A stretch of 64,000 nt of DNA from Sphaerodactylus townsendi (GCF_021028975.2 NC_059440.1:19096001-19160000); one strand, 5' to 3'. Positions 25,373-40,300 are shown, numbered from the stretch's first letter. A program made the numbers and translations. The notes: generated by a model from the letters alone, not told the origin.

Positions 25373-28300
25373 CTGAACAGGCAGGAAAGGGAAGTTGAAA
25401 AGCCAAGACCCGGTTTCTAGGGTTTAAGTAGCCATGCCCAAAATGCATCTGAGGCTTGCTTTTCTTCACAAGCTGAGAGTGAACGGCGGCCATGTTCAGT
25501 AGGACCAGCCATGCCTTCCTTAACTGGCAGTTTCCCACTGGCAGAGATTTGCTCCCTGCATGCTGGAGAACAGGCTGCAAATACATCCATGGAAGAACCA
25601 GGTCTGCATCCATACATCACTTGGACATTGCATGATCGTCGCACTTACTGGGGTCTGCAAACTGTGGCTCTCCAGATGTTCATGGACTACAATTCCCACC
25701 AGCATGGCCAAGTGGCAGGGCTGATGGGAACTGTAGTCCATGAACATCTGGAGAGCCAGTTGGCAGACCCCTGCACTAGAACGATCATTCGTAAATGGAT
25801 TGCGCTATGTGGAAGAGCCAATCCAGTGGCAAACTGTTTGCTAAGCTGGATAGAAGCCCGATTTTCAGTGATGTGTGGATGCAGCCAAGGTGTGTTTACA
25901 GCAGGCAGCCATCTGTGCCTCCAGGAGGGGAGGCTAAGGGAGGGATGAAATGGGGCATTTCGGCCATTCCGTGTGGGCCAAGACTCCCACTATGTCCTTG
26001 CTCCCCTCCAGGAATCTGTTTCTGGTGTAGCCTAGCTCATCTGAAGGCCTTCTGCCAGCAGGGACCCAGATTTATGTAAGACGAGTCCTGTTGGAGCACA
26101 TCAGTGTGGTCCCCGTCTGTTCTAGCATCTGGTTTCCCCCCAGTGAACAGCCAGAGGCCCCACCAGGGAAGACTACTAGCATTTGTGATGGAGACTGCTC
26201 ACAGCCAGAGCCCCTTGGAAACCTCATTTAAAATAACCATGACAGGGTGGGTTTTTTAAAGCCACACATCTCCTGGAATCAACACACCCCAGATAAATCG
26301 AGTTCCGCCCCTCCAGCAGAGGCAGGGACACATCCACTCCTGCCTTGGCCCCTTCCTTTGTTATTTCCCATATCCCTTAAGGCTGCTTATTTTCTCTTCT
26401 GAGGAGATGACAACAGCAGATGTAACTGGAAAGAGAATGGGCAGAAGTGCATCTAGAGAAACAGAGGCGGTGGGGCTCGAGGAAGGCAACCAGCTTAAAA
26501 AGAACCAAGGCATGAGGAGGGAAACTGGGCTGGCCTGGACCACTCACAGGTATCCTTTCAAGGGGAACTTTTCCAGGCTGGGAAACAGCAAAACTGAGAG
26601 CAGTTTTGGAGTCCGCAGTCCCTCGCAATTTGCGCAGCATGATTTCTGACAGGGTACAGCGCACCACCTGGTGGCAACACAAGGATCTGCAACAGCCACA
26701 TTCCTTCTCTCCCTTCTCTGGCCGTTATAAGAACCACAGGCCTACCCTGAAGCACAGGAAGTCGTGATACGCTTGTAAATCTTTCTTCCTGCCTGGCCAT
26801 GGTGGGTTCAGAAACCCAGCACACTTTGAATGGCCAGCTTTTGAATGTGTGCACAGGTGGAGCACCAGTGGGGCCACCAGGTACTTCCAAGGGGCGTGTG
26901 GGACTTAGAGGGCTCCCAACAGATCTCATGTCAGGGAAGTTCTCCTGAGTCTTCCACTCACCTCTGCGCAATGTACCACGGACTGAAGTTGCCCACTTCC
27001 TCGTGGGAAATGCACTTCAGGTGCTGTTCGTAGCGGGCGCTGTAATCACGGATGCTTTGTAGCATGTTCTTGGGCACAGAGAGGAAAGCGCGGGGCTGCT
27101 TCAGCTGGGAGACATCCCGAGCGGCAGACTGCGTAATTTCAGTGCTGGGCTCCGGTCTCTCATCTGGCTCCACGTCCTCCTCAACAGCACTGGAAGCGCA
27201 GAAGAGAATCAGAGCTCCTTCCCTGAGTTAACAGGGGGCAAGCGGAGACACCTGGTGGAGGTCACTGCATCTGGATGCAGAATCCAGGTCTTTTCATTCC
27301 CATCCTTCTGCTACTCAGGTGCTCCTTGGTTCCTAACTTTCTCCATCCTGTGGATACCCGACTCTTCCCCAATGAATTCTGTCTCTTTAGAAACTTTGGT
27401 CCAGGAGCCTCACAAAAAGAAACCAAGGGAATTGGAAACTAGTATGTGTGTGAGAGAAAGTCAGGAAAGTGAAGTCGTTCCACTTGCTGCCCCTTCCTCA
27501 AGTATGCTTGTCTCGTTCCCAAATTAGAATCTGCCGCTCTTAACCACGACATCATGCTGGCTCTTTAGCGCTAGACATTCCCACCAAGCATCCAATGGTG
27601 CAGCCAATCATCTCTTTTTAAATTTCTACTTACTTTGCATCCATCGGCATTTTTAATAAGATCTCCACTTGTGGCTCGTGGTGACCTTCTGGCTTTGTGA
27701 TCTGGATGGGATGGGGAGCTACAGGAGATTTATCTCTTGCCGCAGCTGCGTTCTCTAGGAGGTGGAGAGAAGAAAACTCCTTTAGTGGGCAGGCAGAGTT
27801 CCTATTGATTTATCTGCCAGAGTTCTTGGAGAGGGACTACAGCAGGGGTGTCCAACTCTGGCGCCTCAGATGTTAATGGACTACAATTCCCAACAGCCCC
27901 TGCTGGCATGGCCAGTTGGCCATGATCATCAGCCAGCCCCGCATATTGCCTGCCTGAAACTCACCCCTTCGCTCTTCCTGGGCCCAGAATTCAGGATCAG
28001 AATAGACGATCTGGTTATACCGCCTTCGCACAAGCTCTTGGTAGTTCTTGGACACCCACAGGCACACGCAGACAGGGGAAAAAAAATATTCAACAAAACA
28101 TGTTAGGGTTTTCCCAAACTGGAGAAAAGCTGATAGATGTGGAAAAAAACAGAGACGACAGGTTTTTTTTCCCTCTCTCTCTCCTAATGCTAAAATGTGG
28201 GGCGCTCAAAACTGCTGGGCAGGCAAAAGGAAATATTTCTTATTCACTCAAGTGACATCACTGGCTGCCACGTGTTGTCAAAATGGTTACTAGCAAAGGT

Positions 28301-31300
28301 GGCTTTTTAAAAGGCGTTAAACTGATGAAGAACAGAACCATCAATGGTCATGATGCCCAGATGTTCCATGCTCAGATGTTCCATGTTCAGTTGCACTTTT
28401 CCCTCCCTACAGCCAGCCCAATTTTGTCCCAAATGATCCCCCTTAGATAGCTGACTGGCTGCATTCAAAGTGGTTTACTGGCACTGAAAAACACCCCAGC
28501 AGGAGCCCACCTCGATCTCCTCCATCCTCTGAAGCATCATCTCCAGGTCTGGGGCGCTGAGCGCAGGGAGAGACTCCTGACTTGTCCTCTGGCTTTGCTC
28601 CAGAGCAGAGTCTTCCAAAAGGCTGCTCAGGATCCCAGGCTTAGATGCAGCCTGACAATTAGACACAAACAAAGGAGCATTTGAGGAATTTAAGTTGTTA
28701 TTTAAAACATTACTAGATGTATTGGAACCCCAACCTTCGTTTTCAGCACAGTGCTCTTGAAGTGGCTGAACCCTGTGCATTAAAAGGACACAGCAGAAGT
28801 GGAGTTGTCCCCCCTTCATGCGCACACACCATGATCAGATGAAATAGCAAAAAGAGATTCTCTGTTCTCAGCCCTTCGACGGTGGCTAATGTCAAGAGAG
28901 AGCAGCTTGTCTGAGTTCATGCAAATTCATAGCAGAGGCAAGCCGGGGCCTTTCAAACTCAGAGCTAATTTTTTAAAATTTATTTTAAATTTATTTTGCA
29001 TGCCGCCTTTCTACCAGAGCAGGGTCCCCAAAGGATTGCATATAAAGACATTAAAGCATTTGAACAGTTAAAATCGACCTTTGAACTTATACAATGATTC
29101 AGTAAAAACTCAAACTATACCACAGTAGGGACAATAACCATTGTTGGGTATTCACCAACCAACCAAACAAAAAAGTCTTCACCCACTGGTGGTGCTCAAA
29201 ACCACTACACTCAGCTGTCTTCTAAGTAAATAATATCTCATGTGCTCTGCTGGGTAAAGAAATCTTATCAGATCCTGAGGAAATAGGTGCCTAAGGGTAT
29301 TCAAAGGATGTTCCACTTAATCCTGAACACGCTGCATAAAAGCAAAGCCTTACCGGCATTCCAAAAAACCAGACTTGTCTTTCAACACCCTTAGCCACTG
29401 ACAGCTGCCTAAACCCCTAGAAAAAGCCTTGGGCCGTCTTTATCTAGGTAACAACAACCTATGAAACAGTCGCCAAGTCTCCGGTGCTTAAAACTATTTC
29501 CAGGAGGCAGCTGTTTCCACACTGCAGTTTGCCACATTAGAAGAAAAATAATAGTTTGGATTTATACCCCCCTTTCTCTCCTGTAAGGAGACTCAAAGAG
29601 GCTTACAATCTCCTTTCCCTTCCCCGCCACACACCACAAAGACCCTGTGAGTTGGGTGGGGCTGAGAGAGCTCCGAAGAACCGTGACTAGCACAAGTTCA
29701 CCCAGCTGGCGTGTGTTGGAGTGCAGAAGCTAATCAGGTTCACCAGATAAGCCCCCACAGTTCAAGTGACAGAGCAGGGAATCAAACCCGGTTCTCCAGA
29801 TTAGAGTGCACCTGCTCTTAACCACTAAACCACACTGGCTCACATTACTGGCCACCTTTACCACCGTAAATTTCCTGCAAATTGGAGGGGTGGGTGTGTT
29901 GAATGATTTCAAGACCAAGATGAAAATTCTGCAAAGCACATGGCCACCTGCCACCATGCAGTAGCCACACAAGTCCTGCCACAGCACAAAATGTACTGTC
30001 CATTTTCCTGGTCAGAAGCTGCAGCTTAGCAGAGATACAAAACCTTTCCCAGGAAGTACCAAGAACTTTTTGACTATTCTCTGGCCCTTTGAGGAAAACA
30101 CAGCCTACCTTTCCGTCACCCTGGGGGGAAGTCTGGCTCTCCAGTAATGGCTCCTTCAAGCGAATGTTCCTTTCCAAGGAGAGATTGACCTTCTGATGAA
30201 ACGAAAGCATGGAAATTTTGTATATTACCACCTCTTTTATGCCATTAAAGGTTTTTGTATTTGTATTTGGAAATGACTGTCTGGACACTGAACTGGCCTC
30301 AATACTTTTCTCAGGAAAACTGACAAGATCATTTTACAAGCGATCAGTGCGTGTCATGTTTACAACTCCTTTGCAGCCCAGGCTCAAGCAAAAGGAAACT
30401 CAAACCAATGGGAACAAGTGCTGCCAGCAGGAAATCCCATTCAGTGCAGAGACCTTTGGGTAAAGTCACTAACTTTCAGGGAAGCGATAAATAATCATCA
30501 TCATCATCAATAACCAAAATGTGCACAGATAAATAGTCAATACACCAAATTACTCAGAACAGCTGCAAAGAGCTCCCCAAGAGGATTCCTCCAAACCAGG
30601 TGAGTGGAAGGCGACACAGCAAATGAACAAGAAGAGTTTGGATTTATACCCCACCTTTCTCTCCTGCAAGGAGACTAAAGGTGACTTACAAGCTCCTTTC
30701 CCTTCCTCCCCCTCCCCACAACAGACACCTTGTGAGGTAGGTGGAGCTGAGAGAATTCTGAGAGATCTGTGACTAGCCTAAGGTCACCCAGCAGGAATGT
30801 AGGAGTGCAGAAACACATCTGGTTCACCAGATAAGCCTCTGCCACTCAGGTGGAGGAGTGGGGAATCAAACCCGGTCCCCAGATTAGAATCCACCTGCTC
30901 TTAACCACTACACCAGGCTGGCTCTCAGAGATTCAATGCAAGTAAGAGTAAAGTGATGCCCACTGGGGCAAAAAATCTTCACTGATGGCTGAGACTGACC
31001 AAGAAATAGGTTTTTCTGGTCATGGTGGGTGGCTCCATGAAACATTGATCTGGTGTGCTGCTGTAGTAAAAAAGGCATCACTTACACAACAGCTGTGCCA
31101 AATCTGCAAGCGCTTCCAGCCCTTACCTGTGCTTTCTCCAAGAGGGGCTCCAGACGCTCTCGAATCTCCCTTTCCATCTTATCCACAATCTTCTTTGGAG
31201 AGATGATGTCGGCCCTGGGAATGCCACGCAGGAGGGAGGGGAATCCAGTACATAATGTTAATGGATTTTTTTGTCATTGTCCATCTCACACAATGCACAT

Positions 31301-34300
31301 ATAGTAACAAGCCACACTCTAAAATGCACAGCAAGCAGAGAAGAACCAGGTATTTGGCCCAAATCAGATGTTTAACAGTTTTCCCACAACAAGCAGCAGC
31401 AAAACTGAACATGCTCCACACCTGAGCATGGGCCTTTATGTGTCAGTTGTGTGCCCATGGGAGAGTCAGCATAATGGAGTGGTTCAGAGCAGGTGGACTC
31501 TGGAGAACTCGGTTTGATGCTCCACTCCTCCACATGAGTGGCAGACTCTTAACCCTCCACAGGTGCCGGAAAAGTTACCTCTGTAGCAAGGAAGCTTTAC
31601 CCTCCTACAGTTTCTAAGATGCAACCACTGCAAGGCGCATAAAATCATTCAGGGATCCCTTCTGTGCCAACCTGACAGCTGTCTTTTCTGTGCCTCGTCT
31701 TCCTTCTCCTGTTCTCTCTTTCTCCAAAATGGTTTCTCTGCTTTGGGGACTTCGATCCGGTGGCCTGAAAGAATGGTGGGAAGAACAGGAGGTGTGAGGC
31801 CGTTACTGCAGTCCCCGTTCGGCACGAAAAATCAATGCACTTTCACATGCAGGCAGAGAAAATTTCTCAAAGAGGCAAGTCTAGCTCGGGCGAAACAAGA
31901 AAGACTGCTTCAGGGTGATCTCTAGAGCATCCTTCAGTAGAGTTACACCCTCCTAAATCAATGGATTTAGAAGGGTATAACTCTATTGATGAGCATGCTG
32001 TGGATCACATAGAGACTACTTACAAAGGCAGGATTTCTCTTCACAATCCATGAGGCTGTGCAAAACTGAAAAGTGCCTGAAGGCAGACTGAGGTTGTGGG
32101 ACTGGGGTTTATGCCAGAGATCCTAATTCAAATTTCTCTTTTACTTGTAGCAGTCTGCAGAGGAATCGCGTTCCTGTTAGCTCCCTCGTACACCCCACTG
32201 ATCGAAACAGGCTGGCTAACATGACTGAATAACGGACATTCGGAATGAATCCCACAAAGCAGTTTCCACAAGAAATCATCAATTCCAGAGCTAAACATTA
32301 CAAATCATGAGCTGCACCATCCGCCTTCCACGTGCCAGCCAATTTAATGAAGAGTGGTAGTCTTAAAAAAAAATAACTTGTATCCCGTGTAGAAAAATGC
32401 TGATTGAGAGCAGGCCTGCGGTGTGCCTATTACTACCCCAGCTGCCGAATAAGCTCCACCAAGGCTGCCTTTGTAAGGATATTAACCTACCGTCGAGGTG
32501 ACCCTAGAGGGGACGTGGGGCTGGGAGGCACCCAGGGGACCCGGCTTTCTCGAACTGGCGGCTTGGTCTCCTTGAGCCGGAATGCCACAGTGGTGTCCTG
32601 AAACCGAGCGTGCTTGGCTTGAGGCTGCTCAGTTCTTGGTCTCTGAGCTCTGGTACTTCCCTTTAGGAAACAAAGCAATCTTTTTCAGGAAAAAAACCCC
32701 AAAGCTTTAGAGGTTTCCATTCAAACATCAGCTACCAGAATATTCATGCCACCAATTCTGAGCGGCAAGACATTATGCCATAGGGGAAACCGTTTGACAG
32801 CACTTGAAAAGTAAACTCAAGGATGCCAGAGGGGGAGGAACAGGGCTGATGATTTGTCTGTACCTGAGCTTTGGAAGAAAACATCACTCCTTTCTTTTTC
32901 AGTGGGCCACCTTCGAGACCAGAGGCCTTTTTCACAGGCTTGGGTCTTCTCAAGGCCTCCTTGGGTCTGGCCTGAAAAGCTCCATCTTGCTCTAGAGCAG
33001 GCACACATTCCGGGGCAGCTGTACCAAAGCGATCTCTCATTTTCTCTGGTGACACCTCTTCAGTCTGCTGGGGGTCATCTAAAGCCAATAATCACAATAC
33101 TGTTTCAATATAGAATTAGGATACTCCTGAATGACTCCTGTACTCTGGAATAACCAGAGAGACGGCATCAAAATAAACACTTTGCGTCCTTAATCTCTCC
33201 TGCGACTAGTAGAACCTGGGGTCAAGAGCAGAAGAAAGTTCAGTGCTAGGTAAATAAATAAGGGTCACAAGAAGGATGACCGTCTCGCCAGCTAAAAGGA
33301 GATACTTTGGGCTGAAATGCTATATTTCCTATTTGTGGGATTCCCTGTGACATTAGATTAGCCATTGCTGGAACCAGGATCTTTGAATAGGTGGACGTCT
33401 GATCCAGCATAGTTACTCTTATATCCTTTTCAAAGCTGCTGCCTTTATCACAGACCAGATTTAAGTCTACTTTAGATTTGGAGGATAACTGAGCTCAGGA
33501 GCTTTTCCTAAACAAAGCAAACCCCAGCTCAGAAATCCAGAGTCAGGCTGATCCTCAGCTTAGTGTGGCCGAATGAGGAAAGGCATCTGCAGCCACTAGG
33601 GGGAGATCCATGAGAAAAAAGGGGGTAGGTACACCCGAAAGTTATCAAAAAGAATATTCTGTACCTTTAAGGGGGAGGGCAGGTAAGAAAATGCAAAGTA
33701 AGCTGAGCCAGAAGGAAAGAACCGCTGTCTCCAAAACTACAGTCTGTAGAATGCCCAATTGCGGCTTCTCTGTCTACTCACCACCCCAAAGCGTGCAGTC
33801 AGGGGTTGATAAGAATGGCTAGATTCAACCACAAAAGCCAAATAATGCCATTTGTTTCGAGGCCAATCAAAATAACACAACACAGTGTGCAAACTTTCCA
33901 GTCATCCAGAGCTCTTCATCAGCCTGAAGTGTTCTTCAGCCTGAAGAACCCTTCAGCTTAATGAAGAGATCTGGAAAGCACGCACACGGCATTGTGTTGT
34001 TTTGGCTGGTCTCAATAAAATGGTATTACACAGATTTTTTTAGTATGCTGTGGACTAATGAGGCTACCTGCTGGTTTTGTGGAATAGGCTGTTAACCTAT
34101 TTTTAAGTCAACTCGTTGTCCAGAATTTTAAAAACGATTATTTATTAATGACATGTAGATAAGTCATCATACTGTGTAACCCACAATGGAAACAAGAGCC
34201 TTCTTTAATCCTGTAGTTCATTGGGGCTTCAACTTGTCCATCAGCTCCCCCTTTCTAGATGACCAAATCAACTTCACTAAAACCATGCCTAACCATTAGA

Positions 34301-37300
34301 ATGTTGTACTAACATCAGGGACAACAGAGATCAAACCTCCCTCTTGTCATGTAGCTCAACTGGACTAATCTTTCTGTCTCTATCTAAAACCAAACTCAAT
34401 TGTGCTTCAAATAAAAACACTCCGTGATCTTGTATAATCTCCAGAACCTCTGCCTGCAATCTTTTTTAATGGAAACAGCACGTTTTGTTTGCTGTTAGAC
34501 AGTGATTTTGGTCAGTGGCTTTTTTTTTTCAACTGGACGCTTCCATTTTGCGCTTCTTCCTCTTAGTGTGCTCAAGGGGTAACCTGACACCAATACTGTT
34601 CTAAATTTGGTAGACCTAGAATTTTACACAGGATGCTTACAAGGCAAAATCTTAGGACAATGGCCTCAGACGTCTTCTTTTCTCCCCACCCACCATCTTT
34701 TTAATATCCCGACTAATTAAAAATTCTGGAGAACGTGAAAGCTTGCATACTGTTCTGTTACTTTGGCCAGACATAATAAAAGGTGTTACACGGTTTTGAT
34801 TTTGGATTTTACTTTGGACCAGCGGGGCTACATCCAACCACATTCTACTCAAAGGGTCGCCATGAAGTGAACAAGGGAGAGGGGATCACGAAAGCCGCCT
34901 TGAGCTTCTTCAAGGAAGGGCGGGTTAAACATTTAACTGTTTTAAATTAGGAGCGTTGCTTTTAACTATTATGAAGTTTTAGTATTTTATTTTGTTATTC
35001 ACTTGCTGTATTATGATGTGAACCGCCCTGAGCCCCCTGGGGGAGGGCAGTATAAAAGTGAAACAAACAAATAAATAAATAAATATTAACATTTCTGAAA
35101 ACACACAATGATCAACACAAGATACAGCTTTTCTGAGCATCTCTCACGTCTGCCCACAATGCTTAAAATAGATGTTTTTGTTTCTAAAAAGCAAGACCCC
35201 TAAAGAATACAGATTTCAGCTGCTTGCATACACACCAATAAAATCTTGTACATCTTCTTCATTGGAAGGGAGAAGTCTTCTAGCTACTGGTGACTTTTTG
35301 GACTCCGGTGGAAAAACTTTCTTCTCTCTGCTTGGCACCCTGGCTCTGCCTGATGGCTGTTCAACCTGAGATGTGGAAGGCCATTTCTTCTCTTTTTGGG
35401 GCGACTCTTTCTTGGACAGCAGAGACTCCAAATCCTGCCACCACAATTTTTGTCTCTCATTAAACATGCAATATGCAAGCACCATTTCCCACTTTGCAAT
35501 TGTCAAAAAGCCTCTTAATTTCCTGCAGCAAAAAAAAGCCTGCACTATATATTCTGTTTGCTACGAGATTTGGGAATAACCCCAGTCAGTTAAGAAGAAG
35601 AGTTTGGATTTATACCCTGCTTTTCTTAGCCACAAGAAGTCTCAAAGCAGCTTACGATTTCCTTTACCTTCCTCTCTCCCAAACAGACACCTTGTGAGCT
35701 AAGGTGGGCCTGAGAGAACTATGACTAGCCCAAGGTCACCCAGGAGGCTTCATATGTAGGAGCGGGGAAACCAACCTGGTTCTCAAGATTAGAGTCTCCT
35801 GCTCTCAAGCACCACACCACTCCGGCTCACCTACTTAAATACTAACATTTGAACAATAGGCCTTTACTAGAGAACGGTAGCAAAAATGCAGGATTTAAAG
35901 AAAATCTTAAAAGAATATTTTCAAAATATTTTTCGGGAAAATATTCTTACTTTGTTACAAAGCCACAAAAGAGTTAATTAAAGCGGGCTTGATGGCGGCA
36001 GCTGCTGTTTGGCTTCCCAATAAGCCCCCCTCTGACGGCTACTACAGAAACTGATCTCCAAGGCTTATCTGTCACCACTAAGGGACATGCAGAGCGGCTC
36101 CCCAGCTTGTTCAGCACTGTCCGTCAAAAGGAAAAAAAGAATCCTTCTCTTTCCTTCTCACCTCTATTTGCAGCAGGATGTCAATGACGACATCAGGAAT
36201 GGAGGAGTCCATCTCCAAGCGAGCAGAGCAGAGGGACAGCTGCCGGATGAGGTTGCCCAGTTCCTTGCAGTGGCCAGGAGCCAGATGGTGCTCCGACTGG
36301 CTGGCCAAGCGAGCGGTGAACATCTGCAAAGCCCGGACTGCGCCTCTGTGAGCTGCTGCCAGCTGGGCCATGGCTCGGGACTGCATCACAAAGGAAGGAG
36401 AGGGGGAGGGTTCTGAGTTAGCTGGATGCTCTCTGGAGGTGCGAAGGAAGAACATTTTTCTCCCTCCATTCTCATCACACTAGAACAGTGGTGGCGAACC
36501 TATGGCACAGGTGCCAGAGGTGGCACTCAGAGCCCTGTCTGTGGGCACACGCAAACAGAGTCGCCCCCACCCCCATACATCTAGGCTGGCCTCAGCCGCT
36601 GGGCTCGATTATTAGCATTAAACCTAAGACAAAGGCCCCTTCCACACATGCAAAATAATGTGTTTTCAAACCACTTTCACAACTGTTTGCAAGTGGATTT
36701 TGCTATTCCGCACAGCTTTAAAGAGCACTGAAAGCAGTTTGAAAGTGCATTATTCTGCATGTGCGGAATGAGCCCTAGTTTTGGGGAAGCAGTGTAGGTA
36801 ACCCTGTTAAGCGCTGTTAAACCCCACTGATTTTCATGTGAAGAACTAAAGCGCAATCCTTTATCTGGGAGTAAGCTCGGTTCTGGCACTGGGGCTTGCT
36901 TCTGTGTAAACCCTCCTAGGGTTGTGATTCACCCGTTGGAAGAGTTGCACGGTTGCTTCAAAGCAAAGCCACCAACTACCACCAAGCTTACTCCTGAGTA
37001 ACGCACGCCTCGGAGCCAACCGTTTTTTTTCTAAACTAAAACCTCAGTATTTAGATTAAATTGCCATGTTGGCACTTTGCGATAAATAAGTGCGTTTTGG
37101 GTTGCAGTTTGGGCACTCGATCTCAAAAAGGTTCGCCATCACTGCACTAGAACATAGGGTCCCTCCCCACTTTTTCTCTCCCCAACTTGGGAAGCTGAAT
37201 ATCATAGAGGGGATGGAGGTTTGGGACTGTAGTCATCATCTATATTAGATGAAGATTTACTGGTGCCGATTGTTGTATTGTTTTATCTTTAGCATAGGCA

Positions 37301-40300
37301 TTTTTATGGGTCATTCGCTGCTCCAAGCCCAACTTTGGTTGGGAGGGAAACGGGGAGAGTAGGGTATAAATTCAATAGAATTCAATAAAGATGAATAAAT
37401 AAATAACTTGTGGAATCTCAGACAGAGGATGCTTCTAGTCTCTGGTAAACTGAAAAGCATGGCAGTTATGGATGACTGCAGAAAACCCCTCATTACTACA
37501 CTGAGAGCTCTTTTCCTGTTTAAGAAGATGCCAACCTCCTGCCCAAGCTCATTCCCTGCTCCCTACTTTCTCAAAATCCTCACAGATTTTTCCCCTCACC
37601 TTTTTTGTGTGTTTGATTTTCTGGGGACTCAGCTTCTCCAGATCTTCCTGAATTTCTCTTACCTATTTAAAAACATACCACAAACAAATTGGCTAAATAG
37701 AGACATTTCTGAGCAGTCTGCGTGGCCGAGTTTGGATCCAAGCAACCCAGTTCTGATATTTGTGACTGTGTGGCTTGTTGTCGCCAAACTATAAGGCTGG
37801 AATAACAAAGTTCAGATCCAGATGAGAACTTCTCTGAAGCCCAAAGAAGCCTCAGTCCGGGCCTGCGCAGAAATCTACACATTTTATGCAATACCACAGA
37901 TAATGTGTTATGTTCTCACTAGCTATTCAGGGTCCACTCTTTTAAAACGTATATTCTGTTCTTGCTGTTCAAAAATTCCTATGCACTTCACAAATCACTA
38001 ACACTCATAACAATAAAGGAAGCAAAATAGCATAAAATACACATCATGTTTAAGCAACACAATAAAACACCTTCTTTATGTAAAAAAAGGTAAGAAAAGC
38101 ATACCAGTTCCAATACACACCAACATGAAAACCACCGCCAAAAAGGAAAGTTGGATACAAATAGTAGTTACAAACAGCCTGCCAGGAAGATAAAACATTC
38201 AGCTAAACACCTAGAAAAACAATAATACTCCCCTCTGTTTTCCCCTGTGGCTAATGTTCAGCAAGCTTGGCCCCAGGTGAATTGCTGAGGAATGGAATTC
38301 CACAGTTGAGGAGCCACCACAGGAAAGGTTCTGTCCCTAAACGCCACTTATCTTGTTTCTGAAAGCGGAGGCACACAGAGTGGGGCCTCTGGAGCTTGCT
38401 TTCCAAAGAAAGGCCACCACTGCCACAAGGTGCTACAAGTCACAATGGAAAAAGAGCAACACTCTTGCCTGTTGTTGCAGCACATACAGCATTCGTGCAG
38501 ATCGCACAGCCTGCTCCTGCCTTCGAACACGGACCCGGCGCTCTTCATCGGGATCCAACGTTTCTTCACTTCTCTCTGGAACAAAAAATGGTTCAGCGAA
38601 CACAGAGGAACGGGTCTGGATTTCAGTCATTAACCTGAGGAAGTCTTACTGCAGAGAACAAGAATGGCTTGTGAGAAAAGCCCTGCTTGGGAGGGAAGGA
38701 TGGAGAAAGTTCTTGCAATGTGCTCACAAGGAGAGTTTCACCATCCTCTGAAAGAAGCATTAAATACTCCCCAGTACCAGTAGAGGGAGACCCTAAGTTC
38801 CGGACCATAGCAAGTGCTACACTTTCAAGGACTAGACAGGAAAAGTCAGAGAACATTGTAAAGTACTCGCTCATTCCAACATGCAAACTGTAAAACATTT
38901 TACGTGACAGCTAAAAAAGACATTTCCAGGATATCTAGGGCTAAAGCACATCAATCTAGATTGCCACTGCTATAACCTTGTAACCTGCCATTCATTTGGT
39001 CTGTCAAACCTCCAAGGAGCAAGCAGACTGCATGCCCAACACAGCATCGCATGCTCCTCCCATCCCAGCCTTAAAAGATCACTGACAACAGCAGCTGCTG
39101 CAATGGATTCTGCCACATGTCTTGGACCCAGAAGCCCCCCATGCCCAGGGAGAAGAACCCCAAGGACACCATTGGCCCTGGAGTTGGGATGAAGGTCTAC
39201 GATTTTGCCACAGCCGAAGCAGAAGCTGTTACCCCTCACCTTTTTTTACCAGCTGTTCTATTTTCTGGATGTAGCTCTGCAGCTCCTTTTGCAGCCGCCG
39301 AACCTCCAGGGCAGTCTTGTCTTCCTCCTTTCTGGGCCCAGGTCCTGGATCACGGGTGGGGGGTGAATCAGACACAGCAGCTTTCAACTTCATCTGATTT
39401 GGGGTGTAGAGATAGACTTTGGCTCCTGAGCTGGTTGTCCCCAGTTTGGACCCATTGCCAAGCTGGCATTCATCTTTCTGGAGGCAATTTGATGCTCTCG
39501 GTCCTACAATGTTTTCAGGCTTCCTCCTGGCTTGCCCAGGCCCCACAGGTTGCAAGGGAGCAGTTTTCTTCTCGCTGAGGAAATGTTGTCTCACTTGCTC
39601 CTCCAGATGTCTGCGTTTCACGTCCCTTTTGGCCAGCTGAACAGCCAAATTGAGCTTCTCTTCGGATATGACAGAAAACTCAACAGAGTTTCGGAAATCC
39701 AGTGCATCGCCGGCACCTTGGTCCTTCCTATTCTGAGGTTGCTTCAGCTTTTCTATTATAATCGGACTAGGGCTGGTGAATTGGAAAGCCAAGTTCCCTG
39801 GCAGCGCAGAAACATTCCGATTGAACTGAAGCTGTTTGAAATAATGAACAACATAAATCTGCCTCTAGGTCATGTTTTTAAGCAGAGCACTCATGCTGGG
39901 GGCGGGGAAAGAAGAAGAGTTTGGATTTATATCCCCCTTTCTCTCCTGTTAAGGAGACTCAAAGGAGCTTACAAACTCCTTTCCCTCCCCCCGCCCCCAG
40001 CAACAAACACCCTGTGAGGTAGGTGGGGCTGAGAGAGCTCCAAAGAACTGTGACAAGCCCAAGGTTACCCAGCTGCCATGTGCTGGAGTGCACAAGCTAA
40101 TCTTGTTCCCCAGATAAACCTCCACAGCTCAAGTGGCAGAGCGGGGAATCAAACCCGGTTCTCCAGATTAGAGTGCACCTGCTCTTAACCACAATACCAC
40201 GCTGGGGACAGGATTGATCCTCAAGGTAAATCAGCAATCCTGACAGATGCCCAGTTAGCTTAGTCTTGAAATTCCTCAAAGGAAGTGACTACAGATGTAT

